Shown here: one piece after another, positions 1 through 11,982 of the stretch | How positions within the stretch are numbered: the stretch's first letter is position 1 | How the letters are laid out: the number at the start of each line of letters is the position of its first letter | Source of the DNA: Zygnema circumcarinatum SAG 698-1b | Taxonomy: Eukaryota; Plantae; Zygnematophyceae | DNA length: 64,000 bases | Direction: 5' to 3' | Assembly: GCA_037447605.1 (NCBI GenBank) | Contig: CM074809.1 | Location: forward strand, 982,689 to 1,046,688 | Position numbers and translations under genes: made by a program | The notes under the pieces: model-generated | What the model saw: the letters and a program-made list of their open reading frames with translations, nothing else | What the model was told of the DNA's origin: nothing | The model's database searches: none

Positions 1-304
1 AGTGCAAGGCAGAGAGGCAGGGCAGCGCGCGGTAACGAGTTCGTGGTGTGGTGTGCGAGTGTGCTCTTTTCCGCGTAATCCCAAACGTCATTGTCCTTCG
101 ACCGTGCTGTGCTCTCGTCCATGTTGCCCAACCTCGCTAGCGGTTGATGTGCGCACTTGTGGATGCATCAATTGCATGTTGCAAACAGACGTATCCATCT
201 CCCCGGACGATAGCTTTTCTGTAATCAATAGTTTTTGCTCATTATTGCCCCTTCCATGCGCTCAAGCCCCTCCAGCATATACACATGCATGCATGCGTGC
301 CCAC

Positions 305-730
<426 letters not shown>

Positions 731-1896
731 CCAGCCGCCGTTCCATGCATGCGCCAGTCCCCAGCGCCGGCCCGCCCCTCCCCGGATCCCTTGCCAGGAC
801 GGGCCCGCCCCCCGCCTCGGCTCCTGGCCCCTCGCGCGAGCCGCCAGGCCGTACACTCCCACCGACATTTTGTCGGTTTATCCGTACGGCCGCCCGGGCG
901 CAGCCGCCCGCAGGCAATCGGATTCTGCGGCGGGGCTGGGCGGGCGGAGATTCGCCCCCACCACGTGGCGACCCGGGCCCAGCGAGCGGCTGGAAAGGGC
1001 CGAAAAAGGCGCCCATATCCATTGGGGGGGACCGTGCCTCACCTCCCATTGGCCCAGACCGGATCACTGACGTGGACCTTTGTGGCTTCCGAGGTTGCCT
1101 ACTTGGCAGTCCGTACATCCACGTGGTTATACGTGCGAAAGATCTTTCCGTCCCCCCCGCCCGGTTTCCCTGCCTCGGTTCAGACCACACCTCGGATTCT
1201 TCCACGTCAGGGCACCAGCTGGCGCCATCCTATTGGCCGGCCTTTCCCTAGGAAATATCTCTCCCGCCCGCCCGCTCCCGCGCAGCCGCTTGCGCCGAAT
1301 CTTGGGATCGCGGGCACATCCGTTTCCGAACCTGAACCTGGCCGCCACGCGACGCTCGGACCTACTCGAACCTGAGCCTAGCCGCCTCACGAGGCTCGGA
1401 CACCTTCGAACCGCCGCCTCTGAACCTGACCTCGTGATTGAGGAGATAGTGACGTGACGTGTCCTTGAAGCGCCACGCGGGGCTTATCCTGCCGTACGGC
1501 ATGGCCATCATGCTCCCTCACGCCATGGGCCCATCCATGCCCATGCCGGGCATCCATGCGTCCATGCATGCGGACGCATGGATGGGTCCAGGCCCCAGGG
1601 CCCCGGGACGTGCAGACGCGGCCTGCCCTTGGATTAGAAAGCGAGCGCTGGGCGGGCGGGCGGAGGGAGAGAGTGAAAGGGGCGCCGACAGCCGCCGGGC
1701 GGCTGAGGATTAGAGTGAGCGGATAACAGCAAGGGGAGGGGGGAGGAAGAGGATACATAGGGGGCGCAGCTGCAGGGGAAGCGTACGGCAAAAGAGGTTG
1801 AAGGACACTTGTGCGTTGTAGAGGGAGTGATAAGAGGAACAAGGAGAGGGAAGGAGGAGGTGAAGAGGCTGTGGGTGTGAGAAGATGTGTAAGACA

Positions 1897-4800
1897 ATGG
1901 TTTTCGATCGGGATGGGCTTGACTGTAGGGCTTCGAGCCTGTATGGCTGCGGGGTAGCTTGCGCGCAGGAGAGAGCAGGACTGGCGGGGCTTCGGGCGGG
2001 AGCTTTCTGCTACTGCTCAGCAGTGCTGGCGCAAGAGAGTCGCTGTGGGGAATTGTGAGTAGTCCGCCTCTTTCCTGCGTGGGTTGTCTTAGTTTTCAAA
2101 TAATTAATCGAAAGTAGGTTCTTTCATTTCATCCTTTTCCTTTTTTTATTCCTTCACATATGTCACGAGTGTGTTAAATGTTATCTTTATCGTTTATAAA
2201 AAGGAGGCGTGTCTATCGACCTTAATAGTGGGTGTATCCGTCTGAGTATGATATCCTCGTTCGTCATTTATCCGGAAGCTGTAAATTATAAAGTGAAGTG
2301 AATTTGGTGTTTTAGTTAGGTCTCAGCCTGTTTCAGTAATTTTCCTTGGTCGCTGTTACTGAGTAAATGCAAGTGCTACTCGGACGGGATCTGAATGAAT
2401 GAATGACTGAATGACTCTGTTTCTAACTGAAATGAATCCTCGAGTTGCATATTTTGAATGGACGATGTTGTTACTCTGCCCAGTCTTTTTCGTTGCTTTT
2501 AATTGCAAATGGTGAAAATATTTAGGGCTTGTCTGAAGGACCTCTCGATTTTGCGAGGATGACTGCAGGCGCCAAGGAGAAAAGGTTTCTTCAGTTGCAA
2601 CTCCTCCACAGGTGGAGAAGTCGTCGTCTGAACTCGTGAATCGGCATTGGACAGCTGTTCTGCTGCTCAGCCTCGGCACAGGGCTCACTGCTCTGGGAGT
2701 CAACATCGCCGTTGAGACTGCAATTGGTCTCCGGCTGGTCGCCGTGTTTGGGCTCTCAGTCGACGCACAGTAAGTCTAACCAACCCTCCTTTAAAAAACT
2801 GACTCACTCGCAGCATGCTCTTTATTTCGCATCGCTATCCCTATGTTTTCCGATTCTCACTCAGCAAGGGCTCTCTGTATCGCAAGATACAGACACTTTC
2901 TCCGTCTCTCTCGTTTCACTTTCTTCGTCTTCCTTTCTCCGTCTCGTGCTGATCTCTTCTGATTCGATGCGATATGTGCAGATTTCTTATAGACCCTGTG
3001 AGCGTGGCGGTGGTGCTGATCGCCGCCTGCTTGTGTGCGGCTGCCACCGTCGCCTGCGCGGGGGCGGCAGCGCTGGGAGGGAGGTGGTGGCTCGGCGCGT
3101 ACTGGCTGGCAGGGGCCTCCGCCAGAGCGGCTCTCCTCAACGTGAGTGCACTCTCTGCCAAAGGCAAAATCTTACTGTTGTTTCTCGCCCCCCTTGTGGA
3201 GATCCGGTCAGCTTGTTGGGGCTATTTTAAAGGGTTTGACGGCGTCTGATAATGAACAGTGGTCTTTCTTTGATTTGAATTGCAGGCACTTGGGAGGTCC
3301 TGCCAGTTGGTATGCCAGGCGATGATCGTTCGATATCTGGCAATGTCCACCACAACAAGCGAGCAGTCCAAAAGGTGAGATATCGAAATTCTTTGCCTTC
3401 GAGCCTCGCTCTCTTCTCCTCTTCGAGTCGATTCATCTCTTCCAGCCGCGGAGCAGTGTATTGAGTGTGTTTTCCTCCCTCTCACGCAGACCTGCTGCGG
3501 TTGAACCCCTGAAAGTTGAAATCCTTGCCCCGGAAGCGAGCAGCTCCCAAGAGGCGGATGCTGAACTGGAAGCTGAGGAGGGGGCTTTGCGGATCCCTAA
3601 CCCCATAAGGGGCGGAGAGGAAGAGGTCGCTGGTCCGAGTGGGAGGGTGGAAGACTGCGATGCGATTGGATCGCTTGTGACTGACCGAGACCTTGCAGCT
3701 TTACTATGGCGCCTTGAGGCTTCAGGAGGGGACCATGAGGACCTCCGGTGGGAGTCCGTGGTGGCGAAGGAGAGCCCCACTGTCAAGTATTCCGTGCGAA
3801 GAAGAGATCCGGAGGTGAGGGAGGGAGGGGGAGACTGGGTCGTTATTTCTGTTTTGGGGATGGTTGAAGCATATATGGGAAAGTTTGCGGCTCGTTGCAG
3901 CAGAAGGCTGAATGGGAAATGTTCTGTCGATCGTGTGTGTGTGCAGGATGGGAGTGCAACGGAGTACTTGAGCACAACGCAGTTCTCGGACTGCAGTCCT
4001 GAAGTGCTGCGTGACTTTTACATGGACTCGGAGTACCTCTGCAGTTGGGACAGCATCATCCGGTCGCACCGCCAGGTGGCGCTCTGCCATTCGTCGGGAG
4101 TGGAGGTCGGGCAGTTTGTGAAGAAGTATCCTCTCTGCAGCGCGAGGGAGTACGTGCTCGCGTCCAAGCTGTGGGCGGGCCCGCCGGGAGTGTACTACTG
4201 CTTCACACGGGTGAGCAGGGAGCATGGAAATATGGCTATGCTAGACTATCAGAGCGTCCGGGGATCGTTACGTGGAGCAGGAGTTCGCGATAAGTGGGGC
4301 TTTTGCATGATCTTTAAAGAGGATAATAAGTTGCTGAAGCTGGGGCTCTGTGGTTGAAGGAAAGGCATACTTTGCATGTTTTGATCGGTTGGGGTATTCT
4401 TTTGTCTGTATTTGCAGGCTGTGGAGCACTCCTTAGTACCCCACCAGCAGAAGTTGCGGCGAGTTGATGTCTATGAATCAATGTGGCGGATCAGAGCAGG
4501 TAAGCGGCACGCTTCGCATGGGTTTCTCTGTATATTTGAAGCCGAAAGTGGGGACAGATGCTGATGCTATTAGATGCTGACAGCAGGCTTTTGTTGCTTG
4601 TGTGAACAGTGCCCGGGACGTCTGGTGCGGAAATCAAGCTGTACATGCAAGAGGATTCTGGTATGCCGAAGGAAATAGCTAAAATGGGATTCAAAAGGGG
4701 GATATGGGGTTATGTCAAGAAGACGGAACAACAGATTCAGCGGTATGCTCTCACGAAGAGGAAAATGTCTTCCATTCCGTCGGCCGTGATGTTTGCATCC

Positions 4801-5327
4801 GAGGTGAGAAACGCGGTGCAAAACTAAGATTTGTGTTCATCTATGCCTGTCTGAAAAAAGTAACTTGACACCTTGTGGGTTTCTAGATGTACTTCAGTAG
4901 CCTACTTGAGAAGCCTGCATCCTATTTGAGAAGCTTCTGCTGAGATTGACAAGGTTCACACGTGGTTTCCCTGCAGATCCCGAGTGACACGTGTGCGCAG
5001 AGACCGACTATGGGCAGACGGAAGCCATCGGCAACTTGCCTCTCTGCGCTTCTCGGAAGCAGCACCCTCAATGGGCTATGTACGGCAGGAGGGGGGGCGG
5101 AATATGACCTTGACAGAAGTTACGGGAGGCGAGAAGGGGAAGATGTGGGGCAAAGTCAAGAGAGGAGAGAGAAGGTGCAGCCGAAACCTCGGAGGTTGAT
5201 ATCCTCCGCTCTGCTGCTGGGAGGGGCCATGGTGCTGACCAATGGGGCGGCCCCTCTTGGGGCGAAGGTGGTGGTGGCGTGTGTTCTCAAGTGCATCATT
5301 AGGCCGCAGAAGAGTTTGACTTCGTAG
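1897..5327 (+). CDS. START-domain (PCTP/STARD7-like, plant type) lipid-binding protein with N-terminal hydrophobic segments; about 9 exons
   Basis: Spliced frame contains WESVVAKESPTVKY, LRDFYMDSEYLCSWD, VGQFVKKYPLCSAREYVLASKLW and EDSGMPKEIAKMGFKRGIWGYV. The C-terminal LISSALLLGGAMVLTNGAAPLGAKVV is typical of plant START proteins. Phases are consistent (1897-2054, 2569-2769, 2982-3141, 3286-3374, 3491-...). The first exon is tentative. Confidence 0.85.
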
Positions 5328-6259
5328 GTATAGCGAGAAGTTGGAGAGAGAGAGAGAGAGAGGAGAGAGAGAGGGAGAGAGGAGAGGCCAGCGGTAGCCC
5401 GGTAGCTCGATCTGAAAGTGAACTCCCCCAAATTGGGGAGTGCAGGTTTAGGGTGTCTCTTGCTATTGGCCGCAGGGCGGCATCGCCCGAAAAAGGCGGA
5501 TGTGTGGTGTAAATTTTTTTGTGAAGCTTTTGTGCTTGTTGATTTTGTCCATTTTAGGGTAGATTTAGGCTCGGAAACCGAGGCTCAGAAGTAGATTTTT
5601 TGTTGCGAGAGCAGCAACTGCCAGCTGTGGCACAGCTTTGTACATTATTTTTCTCGAAAAAAACAAACACCGACCGGCTCATACCAATGAGCGCTTTTCC
5701 AAACACCTGTGACTCGTTGCTTGGCAGTGTTTTGAACCGGTTTGGAGTCCGGTTTTAGGGTTCATTTCGGGGATTTTTCTGATCTTTTAAGCGTTGTCTT
5801 GCTGTGTGGTTATAGATGTGTGATCTCAGTCCTTCACTTGAACTCATGTCTAAAAAGATAATGATCCATGTCATGGCCTCAATCATATTTAACTTTATTC
5901 TGACGGCTGTGTACCTACTAGCTAGCGCCCACCCATCCTTCCCAGTGACTGCTTCTTCGTGCGCATGCCGGTAAGCCTGCATGCATTGTATTCGGCCTCT
6001 GTGGGACTCGGTATGACATGGGGTGCCAGCCGCCATGCTTGCCTTTCGAAATTCATTGGTAAACACAGAACATCCTTCGCTTTCTCCCCGCAAAATTCCG
6101 GTAAAACAAAGCCTGAGTTCTGTGTCTTTTAGTTCACGCCTAAAACCCAGTTGCGAAAATGTTCATGAACAACGGGTGGGCCCTCGAGTCCTTTGAGGGT
6201 CATGGGCTCCTCGCAGCTTCATGCCGTCCACACATGCCATTCATTCGTACCCAGTAGAC

Positions 6260-6510
6260 TTCTCCAACCAACCATTGGTGCTGTTGGCGGGTTCGCAAAG
6301 CAATGGTTGCTAACATTCGAATTGGTTGACTTGGTTGCCAGCCAACGGTTGAGACCATTGGCAATGGTTGACTGGGTCCACCAACCGATGGTCGCCGGCG
6401 CCCCAAGCAATTATTGGTTCGGTCTCTAGAAAAACCAACTGGCAACGGTTGCCTCGGCCGCCACCCCAACGGTTGGCAGTCACTTCCAATGTGTGGTCCA
6501 ACAAAATCTT
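6260..6510. repeat. Degenerate CAA(T/C)GGTTG-rich repeat, similar to the 65-bp tandem unit at 63.1-63.3 kb
   Basis: Multiple caatggttg/caacggttg/ccattgg motifs. 6441-6490 aligns by eye with the 63095-63150 unit. Confidence 0.5.
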
Positions 6511-7399
6511 GAACCAGCCAGGCCGAGGGCGGGCCTAATCGTTTGCGGTCGCAAACGCGCCACGTTGGATGCTTTCAATATTGCAGAATCCATAAAAATC
6601 TGCGTTGACCATTCAGCGCTCGTCACATGGCAATGAGAATCGGTCGGCGCGAATCGGCTGCGAGCTCTCGCCCTCGCGGCGGGTCAACGCCTGCCAGCAT
6701 GGCATCCAGGAGGATCCACTGTGTCACATGGCGACGTGCGATTAGCCATTCAATCGCGTTTTGTGGATCCTTCCTCGGAGTAGATTCCTGCGAAACGCCA
6801 TCGTGGCACCCACGTCGGCGACGCGCCCTCATGGAACCCCGCTTCGCGTCGCACTTGACCCTCAACAGCCACATGGAACCCCTCATGCCTGTCCAGTGCA
6901 TTGTCGCACCCTGCTCGATGACGTCAGGACCCAAACTTGTCCGTTCGTAGCATGAACACAGACAGCCTGGGCTCGTACGGCGCGCGGCAATGCAGCCTCC
7001 CCCGGCTGCCACCTGGCCGATGCGCCCGCCCCCGCCCCCACTTGCGCCACCCGGGACAGTCCGCTGTACGGACAGGCCGGTGATCGCGCCGCCGCATTCA
7101 TGCAAGCCTCCCGTCCGGGCACGTGCGACAAACCATCACCACCCCACGCGCGCCACGTGGCCGTGCTGCCGTTTGTCGTTTTGTGTTCGCCCCAAGGCAG
7201 TAACGGGCCGGTCTCGTTCCGGACACAAGAAAATTCGCCGAACGGTCCACGACAAAAAATTCTAACTGCCACGTGTCCCTTGTGCAACACGTGGCTAGCG
7301 GATGGCCGTTCGAAGCTTGTCGGTGCCGCCCAGGACGGCGCGATCCGGCTTGCCCAGTGTGAACGCGGCGCCCGGATCTGGTTCCGGCCACCCTTGCCC

Positions 7400-7480
7400 G
7401 GCCCGTATTGTACGGACCATTTTTTGGACCGTACAGTACCGTTGCCCTGCCGTACAGTAACCGTGCAGTTCGTACAGTCC
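7400..7480. promoter_or_regulatory. GTAC-core cluster upstream of the kinase gene
   Basis: Five GTAC cores (tgtacgg, ccgtac, agtacc, ccgtac, tcgtac) in about 70 bp, ahead of a CT-rich leader and ATG 7781. Confidence 0.5.
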
Positions 7481-7780
7481 ATCGTTGACCGCACGAGGGA
7501 GCGCCGGCTAATGGCGCGGCGCCGCGTGGCTTTCCCGCTTTCGCCCCCCCTTCCCTTGCGCGCCTCCCTCGCTCTCCCTCTCCCTGCTTCCCTCTCCCTT
7601 CCTCTCTCCCTCTCCCTGCCCCCTCCATCTCTCGCTCTCCCTCGCTCTCTCTCTCTCTCTCTGCGTGTTTGTGCTGCGCTCGAGCACACGTGCAAGGCGC
7701 GGAGAGGTCCTCCCTCCCTCCCTCCCTCCCTCCCTCCATGGCGGGCGGAGGCGCTCGGCGGTGAACGCGTGCGTGCCGCG

Positions 7781-10700
7781 ATGGAGAAGGCCTCCGTGCG
7801 GACGCGGTCCCGCGTGAAGCCCACGCGGCGATTCCAACTGCGGCCGCGCAGCAAGGAGAGCCGCAGCGTGCAGCGCCAGAAGAAGCTCGCGCAGACCGCA
7901 GCGCACCCCCCGCCCAAGACCGCACCCGCAGGTGCTGCTCGCTCGAGCACTGCCCGAGAGAGAGAGAGAGAGATAAGGGGGAGGAAGGAGGGCGTATTTG
8001 TAGTTATTATCTACTAGCGGTGATATATATATTGCAAAATATTTCTTTTTCTTAAAGATCGAGCGACTTTTCAAGTGTTTGCTTGTCTTCTCCAAGCTTG
8101 CACGGTCGGAGGTGCGGACTTTAGGGGGAGGGATGGGTAGATGTTGAAGTCTCTCTTAGACTCAGAGATCCTAAGAGTAGTACTAAGAAGTTTACTAGTC
8201 ATAATACGAGAAGGTTAACTTGTGAGTCTTTCTAAGACTCAGAGTGCGTTTGCAAGGGTAGGTTTGTTCGCAATACTACCCTCCGTTAGGGTTTGTTGCT
8301 GCTCAGCTTCATCCGCTCACATGCGAGCGGCTGAAGTGCGTCATGGCTGACGCGCATGGCGGAAAGATGCCCGCGCTGGCGCTTGTTTAGAGGAAGGAGT
8401 CGAGCATTTGCCATAGCTTAACCCTAAGAACCACGAGCTGGTGCAGCAAGACGTTAGCTTTTGGCGAGTTTTGAGTCCTCCGCTTGCTTATGAAGTAAAG
8501 GAAAGCACATGCTAGGTCTGTCGTACGTTGCTTTACTCACACGTTTGCCCTAAACAATACACTCATACACTGTTTGACATGCTTTTGTTTCTAATCTTGT
8601 CGTGCAATTTTCAGGAGATAGCAACATAGTGGCCCTAAGCAGCGCAGCTATGTCGACCTCGGCTCCCACGGAAGTGCAGCTTCTGGACAGTGAAGCCATG
8701 GCAGAGAGCTTGGATGCATCAGCAGGATGGTGCGGCCCTTTCCTGCTTCCACAGACAGCCGGGACTTTCTCAGACGCTTTCAGCTCACTCGAGGGGGAGT
8801 TAGGGCGAGGAAGGCGAGGTGATGTGCGGCAGTGCAAGCAGAGGGGGACCGGCCGACTCTGCGCCTGCAAGTCGATAAGCAAGTCGCTCTTATTGGTAAG
8901 AACTTCGGCCCCTTCGTTCTTTGATGCAGCGTTCGTACGCCGGCTTGCTGAGGTTGCTGCCTGCAGTTGACATGGCTATGCATAATTCTGTCCCTTCAAC
9001 ATGAACAGCTTCTTTCTGCTGAAAACGCTTAGAAACTCGAGCAATCACGCAGAAATATGATGTGTCTTCTTCTTCTCCTCGCCCTTCTCCCTTATTGATG
9101 AAAAGTACATGGTATAGACAGTGTCTAACATTCCCTTTGTGTGGTGCGGCAGCCGAGTCCGCCTGCCATTGCGGCCCTCCACATGGAGCTGAGCATTCAG
9201 ACGAGCCTCGCCGGCCACCCCAACATCGTGGAGCTCATCGGTGTGTACGAAGACCCCTCCGCGGTGCGCGTAGTCGCGGAGCTTTGCGCGGGAGGCTCCC
9301 TCGCAGACCTCCTAAGGAAAGCAAACGCATTTCGAGAACTCGAAGCCGCATGGCTGCTCGGGTGAATGCAGCATCCCAGCCTATAGAATTCTGCTCTCTC
9401 TCGCTTTCTACCAACTCTTCTTCCCTTTTTCCTGCCCATGTTTCTTACGTTCGATTGATTCGTGCGAGCAGGCGGGTGGTCGAGGGAGTGCACGCGTGTC
9501 ACAAAAGCGGAGTTGTACTCCGCAGCATTCATCCGAGGGCTGTTCTCGTTGGGAGGGGAGCTTCAGTGGAGCCCAAAATTGCGGATTTTTCGAATGCGGT
9601 GCAGCTGCCGATGGGACACGCGGCAACAGGAGCGGTCGGAGAGCTGTCGTACATGGCGCCGGAGGTTCTATGTGGAGCAATGTACGGCCCTGCCGTTGAC
9701 ATATGGAGCCTTGGAGTCACTCTCTATCAGCTGCTTTCCGGTGAGCGCTTGCATGTCAGGGTTTTTGAACTTGTCGAACTTATGTTTGGCACCTGCATGG
9801 GGTTTAGGGCTGTTGGAATGATGCGTGAGGAGTTTTACTGAACAAATAATAAGCTGGTGTTAAGGAGGACTGTTGAATAAAACTAAAGGTTGACAACCAG
9901 CGGGAGTATGCATTCCTTAACCAGGGCAGGGTAGTCTTACCGATAATCCTATACAGAAATGAGCTCATTCAAACCCGTTTCGTCAGCAAACCACGCGTTT
10001 TCAGTCCTCATTGAGCATTGCACGTTGTTAACATGTACTTTAGATTCAATTTTCATTGCAAAGTTTGCATTCCCCCCTCGCCCCTTCCTGCAGGCGTCCT
10101 TCCCTTCCACGGCGCAACCGCCCCCGAGGCCATGGCCTCCATCTGCCGCGCTCACCTCGACTTCCAGAGCCCTCCCTGGCCGTCGATCTCCTCCTCCGTG
10201 AAGGCTCTCATCCGTCAGATGCTGGCCCGGGATGCCCGCAACCGGCCCACCACAGAGCACCTCCTGCGCCATCCATGGCTTCGCCCCATGGGCTCAGCGG
10301 ACCAAGCCGTCGCATCCATCCAGTGTCTCCACTCCCAGCCCCTCCCCTCTCCCATGGCTGCCTCTCTCCTACCCTTCCCTCCACCCTCCCTCCCTCCCCC
10401 TCCTCCTTCCTCCTCCTTCCCTCCCTCCCATCTCCTTCACCACCACTCCTCCTCCTCCCACTTGTCCTTCCCTCAAACCCTTCTCCCATCTGCCCACTCT
10501 CCCCCCCTTCATGAACCTCTAATCCCCTCCCACCCACTCGCCCTCCAAACCCTAAATTCGCACTCTTCCACTCCCTCCTCCTTCCTCGCTCCCACTGCTC
10601 CCCCTTTCTGGACCACCGTTCCCCCCACAATCCCATCCGGCCCTCTCACGCTGCCACCTGGCCCGCCTCCCTCCATCTCCTCCTCCAGCGGCGGCTCCCC

Positions 10701-11298
10701 CCCCGACTCTCCCTCCCCCCTGCCGCCATGGCCAGGGTTCGTAAGAGACCTCTCCCCAGAGCCCCTCTTCGGCCACTTCCAGTTCCCGGCTGACCTAGCC
10801 GCCGACCACACGTGCGGCCGCCAACCGACATCCCCCTCGGGGCCGGGCCCCGAGTCCACTCTCGCGGCGCTCCTGGATCAACGGCTCGCGGTTCTGCGCC
10901 TGCCGGCCCCGCAGGGGGGGGCGTCCGTACAGGGATCAGCGGCGAATCTACCCTTGATCCAGGCGCAAATCGGCGGTGCGGGGGTGGATCCGCAGTTCGA
11001 GGCGTTGATCTCGTCGCGGGTGGACCCGTCGCGCTCGCCGTCGGGGACGTCGGATGTGACCTCCGCCGCTTCCCCGAAGGGGCTGCCTGGCGGCCTTGGG
11101 TTTGCGTGGGCGGAGGGAGGGAGGGGGAAGAGGGAGAGAGAGAGGGAGAAAGAGCGGGAGAGAGAGAGAGAGAGGGATGTGGAGAGGGCGGAAGGGAGTG
11201 AGGCGGAGAGGGAGTCCACGTACGACTTCCTGTGCGGCCTGCATGACCTGGCGGACCCGTGGCCGAAGGAGGCTGTGATGGAGCAGTTGGCGAGTTAA
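7781..11298 (+). CDS. CDPK/PEPKR-related protein kinase-like gene without EF-hands, probably a pseudokinase; about 5 exons; Pro/Ser-rich tail
   Basis: Exons give ELGRGRRG, CACKSI, GHPNIVELIGVYED, ELCAGGSL, VLRSIHPRA, KIADFS, YMAPEVL, DIWSLGVTLYQLLSG and LPF...LDFQSPPWPSISSSVKALIRQML...HPWL. Exon 1 (MEKASVR, donor after 7931) joins the 8615 acceptor in frame. Confidence 0.85.
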
Positions 11299-11982
11299 AA
11301 GCTGCTCCGCGCGTGTTGGGGGGGGAAAGGAAGAGAGAGGGAAAGGGGAGGGAGTGGACGCGCGCTGAATCGGTTACAAGCGGTCGCTTTCTGGTTGTCG
11401 TTATCATTGAACGGATGCGAAAGGCTCGAGGACGGTAGAGGATGACATTTTTTAGCAGCTTTAGTCACCACGTTGTCAAGTTTGTAGAGTTTTTTTTATG
11501 TGTTGTGACAAGGCTTCTTTAGTTGGACTTTGGTTAGCGGATGTGACACGTGTAGATGGTCGGCTCGGGAGTGGAGTGTGCTCACAGACCAGCTCAGAGG
11601 GTGTGCCGAGAGGCGTGGGAGCGAGTGTGGTAGTTTTCTCTTTTGCCTCTATGCGGGTTTCCTACAATAGACATAGTATCTTATTTTCCATGTAGCAGCA
11701 GCGACACACCCCTTGGAGCAGCTGATTTGAATCTGACAAGCACAAAAAAATGTGAACTTGAATTTTCTTTTCTGAAAAAATGTAAAAGCAAGAAAGGGAG
11801 CCTCTCATAGGCAATTCCCCCTCACCAACAATTGTTTATCGCTGGCAAACACTGCCAAAACCTGCCAGCGATCATTCCTACTGAAACCAAAAAAGGCGTA
11901 ATTTCCTTAAGAGCTCCACATTAACAAGCTAACTCCACATTAACTACTTGCCCTGCTTGCCCTTCCCCCCCTCCCCCTCTCC

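Noticed and set aside
7781-11298. Calling the kinase a canonical CDPK
   Set aside because: No junction or EF-hand domain is present, and the catalytic loop is degenerate.
10056-11407. Overlapping alternative-frame and antisense ORFs over the kinase tail
   Set aside because: Expected from GC-rich low-complexity sequence; the + frame ending at 11298 carries the kinase C-lobe.
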